Both the position numbers and the translations under genes were made by a program. Below are positions 34,122 to 43,158 of a DNA stretch of 58,470 nucleotides, piece after piece. The stretch covers positions 1-58,470 of the forward strand of contig JBOIDL010000002.1 of assembly GCA_050740435.1 (NCBI GenBank), read 5' to 3'. Under the pieces are notes generated by a model, which had not been told where the DNA came from, ran no database searches, and was given only the letters and a program-made list of their open reading frames with translations. Positions within the stretch are counted from its first letter, which is position 1. Each line of letters opens with the position of its first letter. The stretch comes from Gammaproteobacteria bacterium (GTDB taxonomy: Bacteria; Pseudomonadota; Gammaproteobacteria; JACCXJ01).

Positions 34122-35000
34122 ATGGCCAACTACGTCCTGATCACTGCGGCGAACAATGAAGAGGCGTTCATCGAGAGAACGTGCGAATCGGTCGTCGCCC
34201 AAACCGTTCGGCCCCTCAAGTGGATCGTGGTGGACGACGCATCGGTCGATGGCACGGCGACCATCGTAGCGCGCTATCGGGAGGCGCAACCGGACCTCAT
34301 CGAATTGCTGCACGTGGAGCGTTCCCCGGGCCGCGATTTCCGGAACAAGGTGAGGGCCTTCGATGTCGCGCTCTCCCGGGCGCGACAGTTGGGCTTTTCC
34401 CATATCGGCAACCTCGATGCCGATATTTCGCTAGTACCGGATTACTACGCGACGATGCTGTCGCACTTCGAGCAGGATCCGAAGCTGGGCATCGCCGGCG
34501 GGATGGTCGCCTCGTGCATCGACGGCACGTTCATCAGCCAGAACGTTGCGCCGGACAGTGTGGCCGGGGCGGTGCAGTTGTTTCGCCGTCAGTGCTTCGA
34601 GGACGTGGGTGGATACCTCCCGCTGAGGCAGGGCGGTATCGACGCCGCGGCGGAAATCATCGCTCGGAAGAAGGGATGGACGGTGCGAACGTTCGCCGAC
34701 CTTCGTGTCCTCGAACATCGCCGAACCGGCACCGCGACGGCCAACCCTCTTTCCGCCCGGATGCGAGGAGGCAGGCGTCTGTACTCACTGGGCTATGGAT
34801 TCCTGTTCTTCCTGGCCCGTTGTTTGCTGCGATCGATGGAGCGCCCTCGTATCATCGGCAGCTGCGCCGCCCTCTACGGCTATCTCGCTTCGGCGCTGCG
34901 GCGCGATCCGATCGTTCTTCCGTCGGATGTCGTGGACTATTTGAGAGATGAGCAGCGAAAGAAAATTCTTCGCCTGTTCAAGTTCAATCGCTATGCGTGA
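34122..35000 (+). CDS. family 2 glycosyltransferase
   Basis: I trimmed it to the ATG at 34122. VLITAANNEEAFIERTCESVVAQTVRPLKWIVVDDASVDGT is a GT2 N-terminal fold with a DD..S.D motif, and NLDADI is a DxD-type motif. Confidence 0.8.
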   Translation: MANYVLITAANNEEAFIERTCESVVAQTVRPLKWIVVDDASVDGTATIVARYREAQPDLIELLHVERSPGRDFRNKVRAFDVALSRARQLGFSHIGNLDADISLVPDYYATMLSHFEQDPKLGIAGGMVASCIDGTFISQNVAPDSVAGAVQLFRRQCFEDVGGYLPLRQGGIDAAAEIIARKKGWTVRTFADLRVLEHRRTGTATANPLSARMRGGRRLYSLGYGFLFFLARCLLRSMERPRIIGSCAALYGYLASALRRDPIVLPSDVVDYLRDEQRKKILRLFKFNRYA

Positions 35001-35013
35001 TTAGGCCGAAGTG

Positions 35014-36888
35014 ATGTGCGGAATCTCGGGGATTTTCGATCAGTCAGGTGCTCCCGCAGACAAGGCCCTGCTAGTGCGGATGACCGATGCACTGGGGCAT
35101 CGCGGGCCCGATGGCGTGGGCTACTTCCTCCACGCTGAGGTGGGCATGGGACATCGCCGCCTGAGCATCATCGACCTCGAAGGCGGCGCACAACCGATGT
35201 CCAACGAGGACGGATCGGTTCAGGTGGTCTTCAATGGGGAGATATACAATTTTGTAGAACTGCGAAAGGAACTCGTCTCGTTCGGGCATGTGTTCAAGAC
35301 TCGCTCCGACACCGAAGTAATCGTCCACGCGTATGAGCAGTGGGGAGCGGACCTCGTGCATCGGTTCAACGGTATGTTTGCGTTCGCCATCTTCGACGTC
35401 TGCACGAAGACGATGCTGCTGGCACGCGACCACTTGGGCATCAAGCCGCTGTACTACACCACGATCGGATCGCAGCTCCTCTTCGCCTCCGAGATCAAGT
35501 CGCTGATGCAGCACTCGGGCTTCCGGCGCGAGGTGGATCGCGAAGCCTTGGCCGAGCTCTTCACCTTCCGCTACGTGCCGTCCCCCAAGTCGCTCATGAA
35601 GGGCGTGTTCAAACTTCCTCCGGGCCATTTGATGCGCGTCTCACGCCGCGGCATGGCCGTGCATCGCTTCTGGACCCAGGTTCCTCGCTTGAGAGTCGGC
35701 GCCAGGGAAGAAGACCTGATCGACGAATATCAGGAATTGCTCGAAGACTCTGTGCGGATGCAACTGCGCAGCGACGTTCCTCTCGGCCTGTTCCTGAGTT
35801 CCGGCGTCGACTCGGGGGTTCTCCTTTCATTGATGAGCCGTCGCTCGAACCGCCCTATCGAGGCCTTCACGATCGACTTCGAGGATGGCCAAGGGACCAA
35901 CGAGGCCGCCGACGCTGCCCGCGTCGCGCAGCGCTACGGCGCCAACCATCACTGCCTGAGCGTGTCAGCGAACGACTACGCGAGCTACTTCGATCGCTAC
36001 ATGCGCGATGTCGAGGAACCCGTGGGGCACGAGGCGGCCCCCGCTTTCTACTTTGTTTCCAAGCTGGCGAGCGACCATGTCAAGGTGGCCTTGACCGGAC
36101 AAGGCGCCGATGAACCATGGGCCGGCTATGCGCGCTATCTCGGTGTCAAGCTTTCCACCTTTTACAGCCGCCTGCCCATCGCGCTGACGCAAGCACTTGC
36201 GTGGCTGATATCGAGAACACCCTTTCCGTCGGAGAGATTGAAGCGGGGCGCCATTTCGCTGGGAGAGCGCGACCTCCTGATGCGCTTCGTGAAGATCTAC
36301 TCATTCTTCAGTGCCGAGATGAAGTCGCAGCTCTACATAGACGCGCTGAGGAAGGACCTGCTGGCAGCCCCGTGCGCGCCGGCGGATTCCATCAGACATT
36401 TGCAGCAGGAGGTCGCACACCTGGACCCTCTTTCGCAGATCCTGTACATCGACACGCGAACGAGCCTGCCCGACGACCTGCTGATGGTCGGTGACAAGAC
36501 CTCGATGGCGAACTCCATCGAGGTCCGCGTGCCGTTCCTAGACCGCCGGTTGGTCGAGTTCATCGAGAGCCTGCCACCCGCCCTGAAGCTTCGAGGCATG
36601 ACCGGAAAGTACCTGCACAAGAAGGCACTGCTGAAGTGGCTACCCCGCCACGATGTCTATCGCCCGAAAAAAGGATTCGCAAACCCGATCGCGAAATGGC
36701 TGCGAACCTCCATGCGCCCGCTGGTCGACGACTGCTTGCTCGCCAGCGACACCATGATCGCCACGCACTTCGATCAAGGCGCTATCCGTCGCATCGTCGA
36801 ACTCGACAGGCAGGGCAAGGAGCAATTCACCAGGCAGATTTATCTCCTGCTGTCGCTCGAGCTGTGGCATCGCGCCTTCATGCGATAG
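35014..36888 (+). CDS. asparagine synthase (glutamine-hydrolysing)-family amidotransferase, copy 1
   Basis: MCGISGIF supplies the Ntn Cys2, so the start must be the ATG at 35014. Also present: HRGPDG, HRRLSIIDL, FNGEIYNF, TDTEVI-type SDTEVIVH, and the synthetase SGG-type loop LSSGVDSG. Confidence 0.9.
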   Translation: MCGISGIFDQSGAPADKALLVRMTDALGHRGPDGVGYFLHAEVGMGHRRLSIIDLEGGAQPMSNEDGSVQVVFNGEIYNFVELRKELVSFGHVFKTRSDTEVIVHAYEQWGADLVHRFNGMFAFAIFDVCTKTMLLARDHLGIKPLYYTTIGSQLLFASEIKSLMQHSGFRREVDREALAELFTFRYVPSPKSLMKGVFKLPPGHLMRVSRRGMAVHRFWTQVPRLRVGAREEDLIDEYQELLEDSVRMQLRSDVPLGLFLSSGVDSGVLLSLMSRRSNRPIEAFTIDFEDGQGTNEAADAARVAQRYGANHHCLSVSANDYASYFDRYMRDVEEPVGHEAAPAFYFVSKLASDHVKVALTGQGADEPWAGYARYLGVKLSTFYSRLPIALTQALAWLISRTPFPSERLKRGAISLGERDLLMRFVKIYSFFSAEMKSQLYIDALRKDLLAAPCAPADSIRHLQQEVAHLDPLSQILYIDTRTSLPDDLLMVGDKTSMANSIEVRVPFLDRRLVEFIESLPPALKLRGMTGKYLHKKALLKWLPRHDVYRPKKGFANPIAKWLRTSMRPLVDDCLLASDTMIATHFDQGAIRRIVELDRQGKEQFTRQIYLLLSLELWHRAFMR

Positions 36889-36903
36889 AGGAAGGACAAG
36901 CCC

Positions 36904-37860
36904 ATGGACGTGTCGATCATCATCGTGAACTGGAACTCCAAGGAGCTCCTGAGAGATTGCATTCGGTCCGTCGAACGCCATACCACCGGCATCGCCTACG
37001 AAATCGTCGTGGTGGACTCCGCGTCATTCGACGGTTGCGGCGAAATGATCCGCGCGGAGTTCCCGCAGGTTCGGTTCATTCAAAGTGAAACCAACGTCGG
37101 CTTCGCGCGCGCGAACAACCTGGCCTATCGAAGCTCGCGTGGCGGACACATTCTGTTCTTGAACCCCGACACGGAATTGACGTCCGCAGCGGTGAACATG
37201 CTGCTCGACCACCTGACCCACTACGCCGATTCCGGCGCCGTGGGCTGCAGGTTGCTGAACCGAGACGGCTCCGTCCAGACCAGCTGCGTCCAGTCGTTCC
37301 CGACCTTCCTCAACCAGTCGCTGAACTGCGAGTTTCTCAGAGGCCTGTTTCCCACCTCCAAGCTGTGGGGCATGTCGTCGCTCTTCAGATCGAAGGCCGA
37401 GCCCTCGAAGGTGGATGTCGTGTCGGGTGCCTGCGTCATGTTGCGAAGGTCAGCCTTCGAGCGGGTAGGCCACTTCAGCGAGGACTACTTCATGTATGCG
37501 GAGGACCTGGATCTTTGCCATAAGCTCAGGCAGGCGGGCTACACGAACTACTATGTCCCGCAGGCGACCGTCCTGCATTTCGGCGGCGGCTGTACCGACA
37601 ACGCCCCGAGCGAATTCTCGGTTGTGATGATGCGTGAATCGATCTGGCGTTTCCTGCGAAAAAGCCGTGGCGCCATGTACGCCTGCGCGTACCGGCTATC
37701 GACGCTGCTGTCAGCCATCATACGATTGAGCTTGCTGTTGGCAATGTATCCTGTACGACGTGCCTGGCACCGAACGCCATGCCAACGAGATTCCATCTGG
37801 AAGTGGCTCGCGATTCTGGCGTGGAGCTTGAAGATCAGTCGCGCGCCGCATCCAGTGTGA
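36904..37860 (+). CDS. family 2 glycosyltransferase
   Basis: VSIIIVNWNSKELLRDCIRSV...IVVVDSASFDGC...NVGFARANN...YAEDLDLCHKLRQAGY. This is the GT2 rhamnosyltransferase-like pattern. Confidence 0.85.
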   Translation: MDVSIIIVNWNSKELLRDCIRSVERHTTGIAYEIVVVDSASFDGCGEMIRAEFPQVRFIQSETNVGFARANNLAYRSSRGGHILFLNPDTELTSAAVNMLLDHLTHYADSGAVGCRLLNRDGSVQTSCVQSFPTFLNQSLNCEFLRGLFPTSKLWGMSSLFRSKAEPSKVDVVSGACVMLRRSAFERVGHFSEDYFMYAEDLDLCHKLRQAGYTNYYVPQATVLHFGGGCTDNAPSEFSVVMMRESIWRFLRKSRGAMYACAYRLSTLLSAIIRLSLLLAMYPVRRAWHRTPCQRDSIWKWLAILAWSLKISRAPHPV

Positions 37861-37908
37861 AGACAGCGGCCGCGAATCCATCAGAGACCCTCAACCGAGA
37901 AAAGAATC

Positions 37909-39852
37909 ATGTGCGGAATCGCTGGCCAAGTTTCCCTGGACGGCCTCAAGCCTGTGGACGGCGATTTGATCCGTCGGATGACCAGGGTCATCGCGCACCG
38001 GGGCCCGGACGGCGAAGGCCACCATGTGTCGGGCCCCATCGGCCTGGGGCATCGACGGCTGTCCATTATCGACGTGAGCACGGGCGCCCAGCCCATGTGC
38101 AACGAGGACGGCACGGTATGGATCACCTTCAACGGGGAGATCTACAACTATGTCGCCCTCAGGAGCGAACTGAGATCCCGAGGGCATGTGTTCAAGTCGG
38201 AATCCGACACTGAAGTGATCGTGCATCTGTACGAAGAACTCGGTGAGGCATGCCTGACGCGCCTGAAGGGCATGTTTGCTTTCGCGATCTGGGACGAACG
38301 TCATCGAAAGCTGTTCCTGGCACGAGACCGGGTCGGCATCAAGCCGCTGTACTACACCAACACGGGAAGCGCTCTGCTGTTCGCTTCGGAGATCAAGAGC
38401 CTGTTGGAGGATGCTTCGGTCGCGCGACGATTCAATCCGCGCTCCATCGACCGCTTCTTGACCTACTACTACCTGCCGGGAGAAGACACCCTCTTCGACA
38501 ACATCTACAGGCTGGAGCCGGGTCACTGCATGACGGTGTGCGACGGCCGGATATCGAAGCGACAGTATTGGGACTTGAGCTTCCAAACCGCGCCGCGTTG
38601 GAGCCGCTTCGACGACGCAGTCGAAGCTTTGCAGGAACTTCTGAAACGGACCGTCAAAGACCATCTGATCAGCGATGTCCCGATTGGCGTGCTGCTCAGT
38701 GGCGGCATCGACTCGACGGGCATGCTGCGCTACGCGGCCGAACACAGTTCGCAACCCGTTCGAACCTTTACCATCGGCTTCGCTGGCGAGAACTTCTCCG
38801 ACGAGCGGCCTTACGCACGGCTCGCCGCCAACGCGTTCGGCGCGACGCACGAGGAGATCACGCTCACCGCGAACGACTTCGGCGATCTGCTTCCGAAGTA
38901 CACCTGGCACATGGAGGAGCCGGTTTGCGAGCCCCCCGCCATTGGGCTGTACGCTGTTTCCCGCCTTGCTCGCGACGCCTCAGTAAAGGTTCTTCTGTCC
39001 GGCGAAGGTGGCGACGAAGCCTTCGGTGGCTACAACAAGTACGGCTACCTCCTTGCGCTGGAGGCCATGAAATCGCTGTTCGGTTCGGCACGGAGCCTCT
39101 TGCGCCTCGGCATGGAATCCATGACATACCTGGGTCTCAACCAGTTTCGGAACTTCACGGCCCTGGTCGACCTTCCACTCTCGCAGTACTACTTCAGCTT
39201 TGCCGCGACCCCTTACACGCCATTTAACCTGCAGAAGTCTTCGTTGTACAAAGGAGCGTTCGTCGACTCGCTCGGGCTGCAGATTTCCGACGAACCAACA
39301 CGACGCCTGTTCAAGCGCCTGGAAGGCCTCCCGCTGCTGCATCAGATGCTTCACGTGGACACCAAAACGTGGCTGCCGGACGATTTGCTGATCAAGGCCG
39401 ACAAGATGACGATGGCCACATCCGTCGAGCTGCGCGTACCGTTTCTCGATTCGGACGTGTTGGAGTTCGCGGCGTCGCTCCCTGCACATTTCAAGGTGCG
39501 GGGATGGCCTCCGAAGCGCGTTCTCAGGGCTGCCCTGAGAGACTCCGTCCCCAGGGCGATCCTCAAGCGCAGGAAGGTCGGGTTTCCAGTGCCCTACGAC
39601 CGGTGGCTGAAGAATGAACTCAAAGGATTCGTCCACGAGACGATCCATAGCCGAAACAGCTCCCTGAGCAACTATTTCAGTCGCGACGCGTTGGTTCGAC
39701 TGACGGATGCGCACCTTCGCGGAGAGGGAGGCTCGCAGGAGGTCTTCAGTCTGCTGGTCCTCGAGTTGATGCATCAGCAGTTCATCCAAGGTCGCACCGT
39801 CACGCCCGGCATGGATGAGCGCAAGCCAGCCGTCGAAGGAGTCTCGATATGA
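37909..39852 (+). CDS. asparagine synthase (glutamine-hydrolysing)-family amidotransferase, copy 2
   Basis: MCGIAGQV..., HRGPDGEG, HRRLSIIDV, FNGEIYNY, SDTEVIVH, LLSGGIDST. It is paralogous to 35014-36888. Confidence 0.9.
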   Translation: MCGIAGQVSLDGLKPVDGDLIRRMTRVIAHRGPDGEGHHVSGPIGLGHRRLSIIDVSTGAQPMCNEDGTVWITFNGEIYNYVALRSELRSRGHVFKSESDTEVIVHLYEELGEACLTRLKGMFAFAIWDERHRKLFLARDRVGIKPLYYTNTGSALLFASEIKSLLEDASVARRFNPRSIDRFLTYYYLPGEDTLFDNIYRLEPGHCMTVCDGRISKRQYWDLSFQTAPRWSRFDDAVEALQELLKRTVKDHLISDVPIGVLLSGGIDSTGMLRYAAEHSSQPVRTFTIGFAGENFSDERPYARLAANAFGATHEEITLTANDFGDLLPKYTWHMEEPVCEPPAIGLYAVSRLARDASVKVLLSGEGGDEAFGGYNKYGYLLALEAMKSLFGSARSLLRLGMESMTYLGLNQFRNFTALVDLPLSQYYFSFAATPYTPFNLQKSSLYKGAFVDSLGLQISDEPTRRLFKRLEGLPLLHQMLHVDTKTWLPDDLLIKADKMTMATSVELRVPFLDSDVLEFAASLPAHFKVRGWPPKRVLRAALRDSVPRAILKRRKVGFPVPYDRWLKNELKGFVHETIHSRNSSLSNYFSRDALVRLTDAHLRGEGGSQEVFSLLVLELMHQQFIQGRTVTPGMDERKPAVEGVSI

Positions 39853-40967
39853 AGATCACGTTCGTGCTGCCCTATGCCGGGCTTCAGGGAGGCATCAGGG
39901 TCATCGCCATCTACGCCGAGCGCCTCGCCCGAAGGGGACATGAGGTGCGCGTGATCTCCACCCCCCGCGTCTTCTCGACCCGGCAGACCGCGAAGTCGCT
40001 CCTGCTGGGCACAGGCCTGCCGAGAGCCGAACCTTCGTACTTCGAAGGTATCAATGTGCCGCATCCTGTGCTCGAGTCGGTCAGGCCCGTGACGGACGCA
40101 GACGTTGTGGATGGTGACGTGGTGATCGCCACCTACTACACGACCGCATATGGCGTACAGCGGCTGTCTCCCTCGAAGGGGGCCAAGGCGATCTTCATAC
40201 AGGGCTACGAAATCGAAGAAGGCAAACCTAAACCGGCGCTTGACGCGACTTGGCGCATGGCGATACACAAGATCGTTATCTCCAAATGGCTGGTTCAGCT
40301 GGCGCGCGACAAGTTTGGAGATGAATTTGTCTCTCACGTTCCCAACAGCGTCGACCTGAATCAGTTTCACGCGCCACCCCGACCAAAGAACGCAGTGCCG
40401 ACTGTGGGGCTCATCTACAACTCTAGCCCGCTGAAGGGATGCAGCATTAGCTTCAAGGCATTGAAGCGCGTCGCAGCAGCCGTTCCTTCGCTCCGAGTGG
40501 TCTGCTTCGGCGCCGAACGCCTCGGCTTCAAGTTGTCCCTGCCCCGTTTTGCGGAGTTCCATTTCCGACCACCCCAAGAGAAGCTGCGAGAGCTATACGC
40601 GCAGTGCGATGTGTGGTTGTGTGGAAGCAACGTCGAGGGCTTTGCCCTGCCACTGCTCGAAGCGATGGCGTGCAGGTGTCCAGTCGTTTCGACTCGCTGC
40701 GGCGGCCCACTGGACATTGTCGAGGAGGGCGTCAACGGTCACCTGACCGATGTGAAGGACGACAGGGCGCTCGCAGACCGCATCGTGCGGGTCCTGAACC
40801 TTGCCGACGACGACTGGAGGCGCATGTCGGACGCCGCCTATCGCACCGCGACTCGCTTCACGTGGGACGATGCGACGGATCTCTTGGAGCAAGCGCTCCG
40901 GCGGGCCGTCGAACGAACACGTCGTGGCGAGCTCACGAACGCCGTTTCCGAGTTCGCGTCCAATTGA
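39849..40967 (+). CDS. family 4 (GT-B) glycosyltransferase
   Basis: MKITFVLPYAGLQGGIRVIAIYAERLARRGHEV... and, C-terminally, EGFALPLLEAMACRCPVVSTRCGGPLDIVEEGVNG (the GT4 E-x7-E region). Its start overlaps the upstream stop in an ATGA. Confidence 0.85.
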   Translation: MKITFVLPYAGLQGGIRVIAIYAERLARRGHEVRVISTPRVFSTRQTAKSLLLGTGLPRAEPSYFEGINVPHPVLESVRPVTDADVVDGDVVIATYYTTAYGVQRLSPSKGAKAIFIQGYEIEEGKPKPALDATWRMAIHKIVISKWLVQLARDKFGDEFVSHVPNSVDLNQFHAPPRPKNAVPTVGLIYNSSPLKGCSISFKALKRVAAAVPSLRVVCFGAERLGFKLSLPRFAEFHFRPPQEKLRELYAQCDVWLCGSNVEGFALPLLEAMACRCPVVSTRCGGPLDIVEEGVNGHLTDVKDDRALADRIVRVLNLADDDWRRMSDAAYRTATRFTWDDATDLLEQALRRAVERTRRGELTNAVSEFASN

Positions 40968-41129
40968 CGGCGAAAGATGGGCCGAACCTCGAGAACCTGC
41001 ATGAGAAACCCCAAGAGTGACCATGTCGACCTCTCAGACTGCCGCGATCGCCGGCAATGCGAACGACCGTTCCGATGCCGCCTTCAGCGCGCAGGAAGGA
41101 CGCGTATTAACAATGCGGAACCAAGCTAA

Positions 41130-42068
41130 GTGATTGCGACACTCGAACCCGAGCCAAACATCGCCGTCACCGTCCTGCGAAGGTTAGGAATGTTCTTCAA
41201 GCGTCAGGTGCACGAGCTATCGAAGAAGTTGCAGAGAATACGATGCGAGCGTAAACATCAGCAGCAATGGCCGCCTGACAAGCCGCTGGTCACTATCATT
41301 ATTCCTTGTTACAACTACGGGATGTTTGTCAAGGAAGCAGTCGAATCCGTGCTCGCTCAATCGTTCCAGCGGTTTGAGATCATCGTAATTGACGATGGTT
41401 CTACTGATGGTCTAACGATAAGCACACTACAGAATATGAAATACGACAAAATGAGGGTCGTCCACCAAGCCAATCAAGGACTCGCCGAGACGCGAAACAA
41501 TGGGGCAAAACTGGCTGCGGGAAAATATATATGCTACCTTGATGCAGACGATTCTATCGAGCCCACATACCTTGAGAAGACGGTATCTACGCTTGAGATG
41601 GACGAAAGCCTCGGAAGCTGCTATAGCTGGGTCAAGTGCTTTGGTGAATTTGACAGCGTGTGGAAAACCCAAGACCTGGATCCGTACTATTTGTGGCAAT
41701 ACACGACAGCACCATCGCACAGCGTCATCAGGAAGGAAGCATGGGAGAAAGTGAGAGAGCAGAATGGATCAGGATTCATAACAAAGTACAACGGGTACTT
41801 TGAGGATTGGGTTTTCTGGATCGATATGGTTCAATGTGGTTATCGTGGCAAAGTTATTCCGGAACCATTCATCCACTACCGCGTGCACAAGGATTCGCTG
41901 GGCGCAACACATAAAACTGGATGGGGTGAAATGCTCAAAGTACTCCATGCCGACAGATGGAAATTCTTCCACAGTCGAACTTATAGAAGAAATCTATCCA
42001 AAATGATGAGCAAGAGGATTTACATAGAGAACAATAGAATCAATCTTCACCACGGCGATCATGCTTGA
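41130..42068 (+). CDS. family 2 glycosyltransferase
   Basis: VTIIIPCYNYGMFVKEAVESVLAQSFQRFEIIVIDDGSTDG and YLDADD. The start is uncertain: GTG at 41130 or ATG at 41190. The segment is AT-richer. Confidence 0.8.
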   Translation: MIATLEPEPNIAVTVLRRLGMFFKRQVHELSKKLQRIRCERKHQQQWPPDKPLVTIIIPCYNYGMFVKEAVESVLAQSFQRFEIIVIDDGSTDGLTISTLQNMKYDKMRVVHQANQGLAETRNNGAKLAAGKYICYLDADDSIEPTYLEKTVSTLEMDESLGSCYSWVKCFGEFDSVWKTQDLDPYYLWQYTTAPSHSVIRKEAWEKVREQNGSGFITKYNGYFEDWVFWIDMVQCGYRGKVIPEPFIHYRVHKDSLGATHKTGWGEMLKVLHADRWKFFHSRTYRRNLSKMMSKRIYIENNRINLHHGDHA

Positions 42069-42106
42069 TCGCGACCGGTTCAACGGCTATTCAGCGAGAT
42101 TTCCCT

Positions 42107-43096
42107 ATGAGCTCCGTCGATGTCATTGTGCCCTGCTACCGCTATGCACACTTCCTGAGAGAATGCGTAGAAAGTGTTCTCTCTCAGTCGATACTGGACG
42201 TTCGCGTTCTTATCCTTGACGACGCTTCACCGGACAATACAGCGGACGTTGCGGCAGACCTAGCACGGGAGGACAATAGAGTCGTCTTCGTACGGCACGC
42301 GGCCAACAAGGGGCACATTGCAACGTATAACGAGGGGATCGAGTGGGCATCGGCAGATTATCTTCTGCTGCTTTCAGCCGATGATTACCTGTTGCCGGGT
42401 GCACTAAGCCGTGCAACGGAAATCATGGATAAACATCTAGACGTTGGCTTCAGTTACGGCAGAGTTATTGAACTTACAGATAGCGACCCCGCAGGTAGAA
42501 AAAAAACAGTCGGTAATGTCAGTAGCGAGCGTGGAGCAAGCATTCTTGCTGGAAGAAGGTTCATTGAGCTCAGCGGATCATGCAATATAGTACCTACACC
42601 GACTGCCGTGGTTCGAACCGCATTGCAGAAGAAAGTTGGACTGTATCGCCCTTATCTGCCACATTCCGGTGATATGGAAATGTGGCTGCGACTGGCGGCG
42701 CATGCTTCGGTAGCAAGTCTGGAAGCGCATCAGGCCGTCTATCGTCGTCATTCGAATAACATGTCGCTCGCCTACTACAGGAACAACTGCTTGCCGGACC
42801 TCCAGCACCGCAAGGCGGCCCTTGACAGCTTTTTCCAATCGTGCAGCGGAGCCTTGATCCACGATCGAAAGTTACAGCGCCAAATGCACTGGTCGCTTGG
42901 TTGTAAAGCGATCGGGTTCGCCAGCGCTGCGTTCAACGATGACGAAATGGACCTTGCCGATCAGATTTCTCATTTCGCACTCAGCGTTTGTCCAGAGGTG
43001 AAGATGTCTTTCCCCTGGGCAAAGTTAGCCTGCAAGAGACGACTGGGGTCTCAGGGATGGCGTACATTGCAAGCCGTACGTGCCAAATGGTTCTAG
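42107..43096 (+). CDS. family 2 glycosyltransferase
   Basis: I trimmed it to the ATG at 42107. VDVIVPCYRYAHFLRECVESVLSQSILDVRVLILDDASPDNT and LLSADD. The segment is AT-richer. Confidence 0.8.
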   Translation: MSSVDVIVPCYRYAHFLRECVESVLSQSILDVRVLILDDASPDNTADVAADLAREDNRVVFVRHAANKGHIATYNEGIEWASADYLLLLSADDYLLPGALSRATEIMDKHLDVGFSYGRVIELTDSDPAGRKKTVGNVSSERGASILAGRRFIELSGSCNIVPTPTAVVRTALQKKVGLYRPYLPHSGDMEMWLRLAAHASVASLEAHQAVYRRHSNNMSLAYYRNNCLPDLQHRKAALDSFFQSCSGALIHDRKLQRQMHWSLGCKAIGFASAAFNDDEMDLADQISHFALSVCPEVKMSFPWAKLACKRRLGSQGWRTLQAVRAKWF

Positions 43097-43158
43097 CGTT
43101 GGGGCGCAATCTACTTCGCTGCAATTCGCGGCCGACCTCACCATTCTTCGTCAGATAG

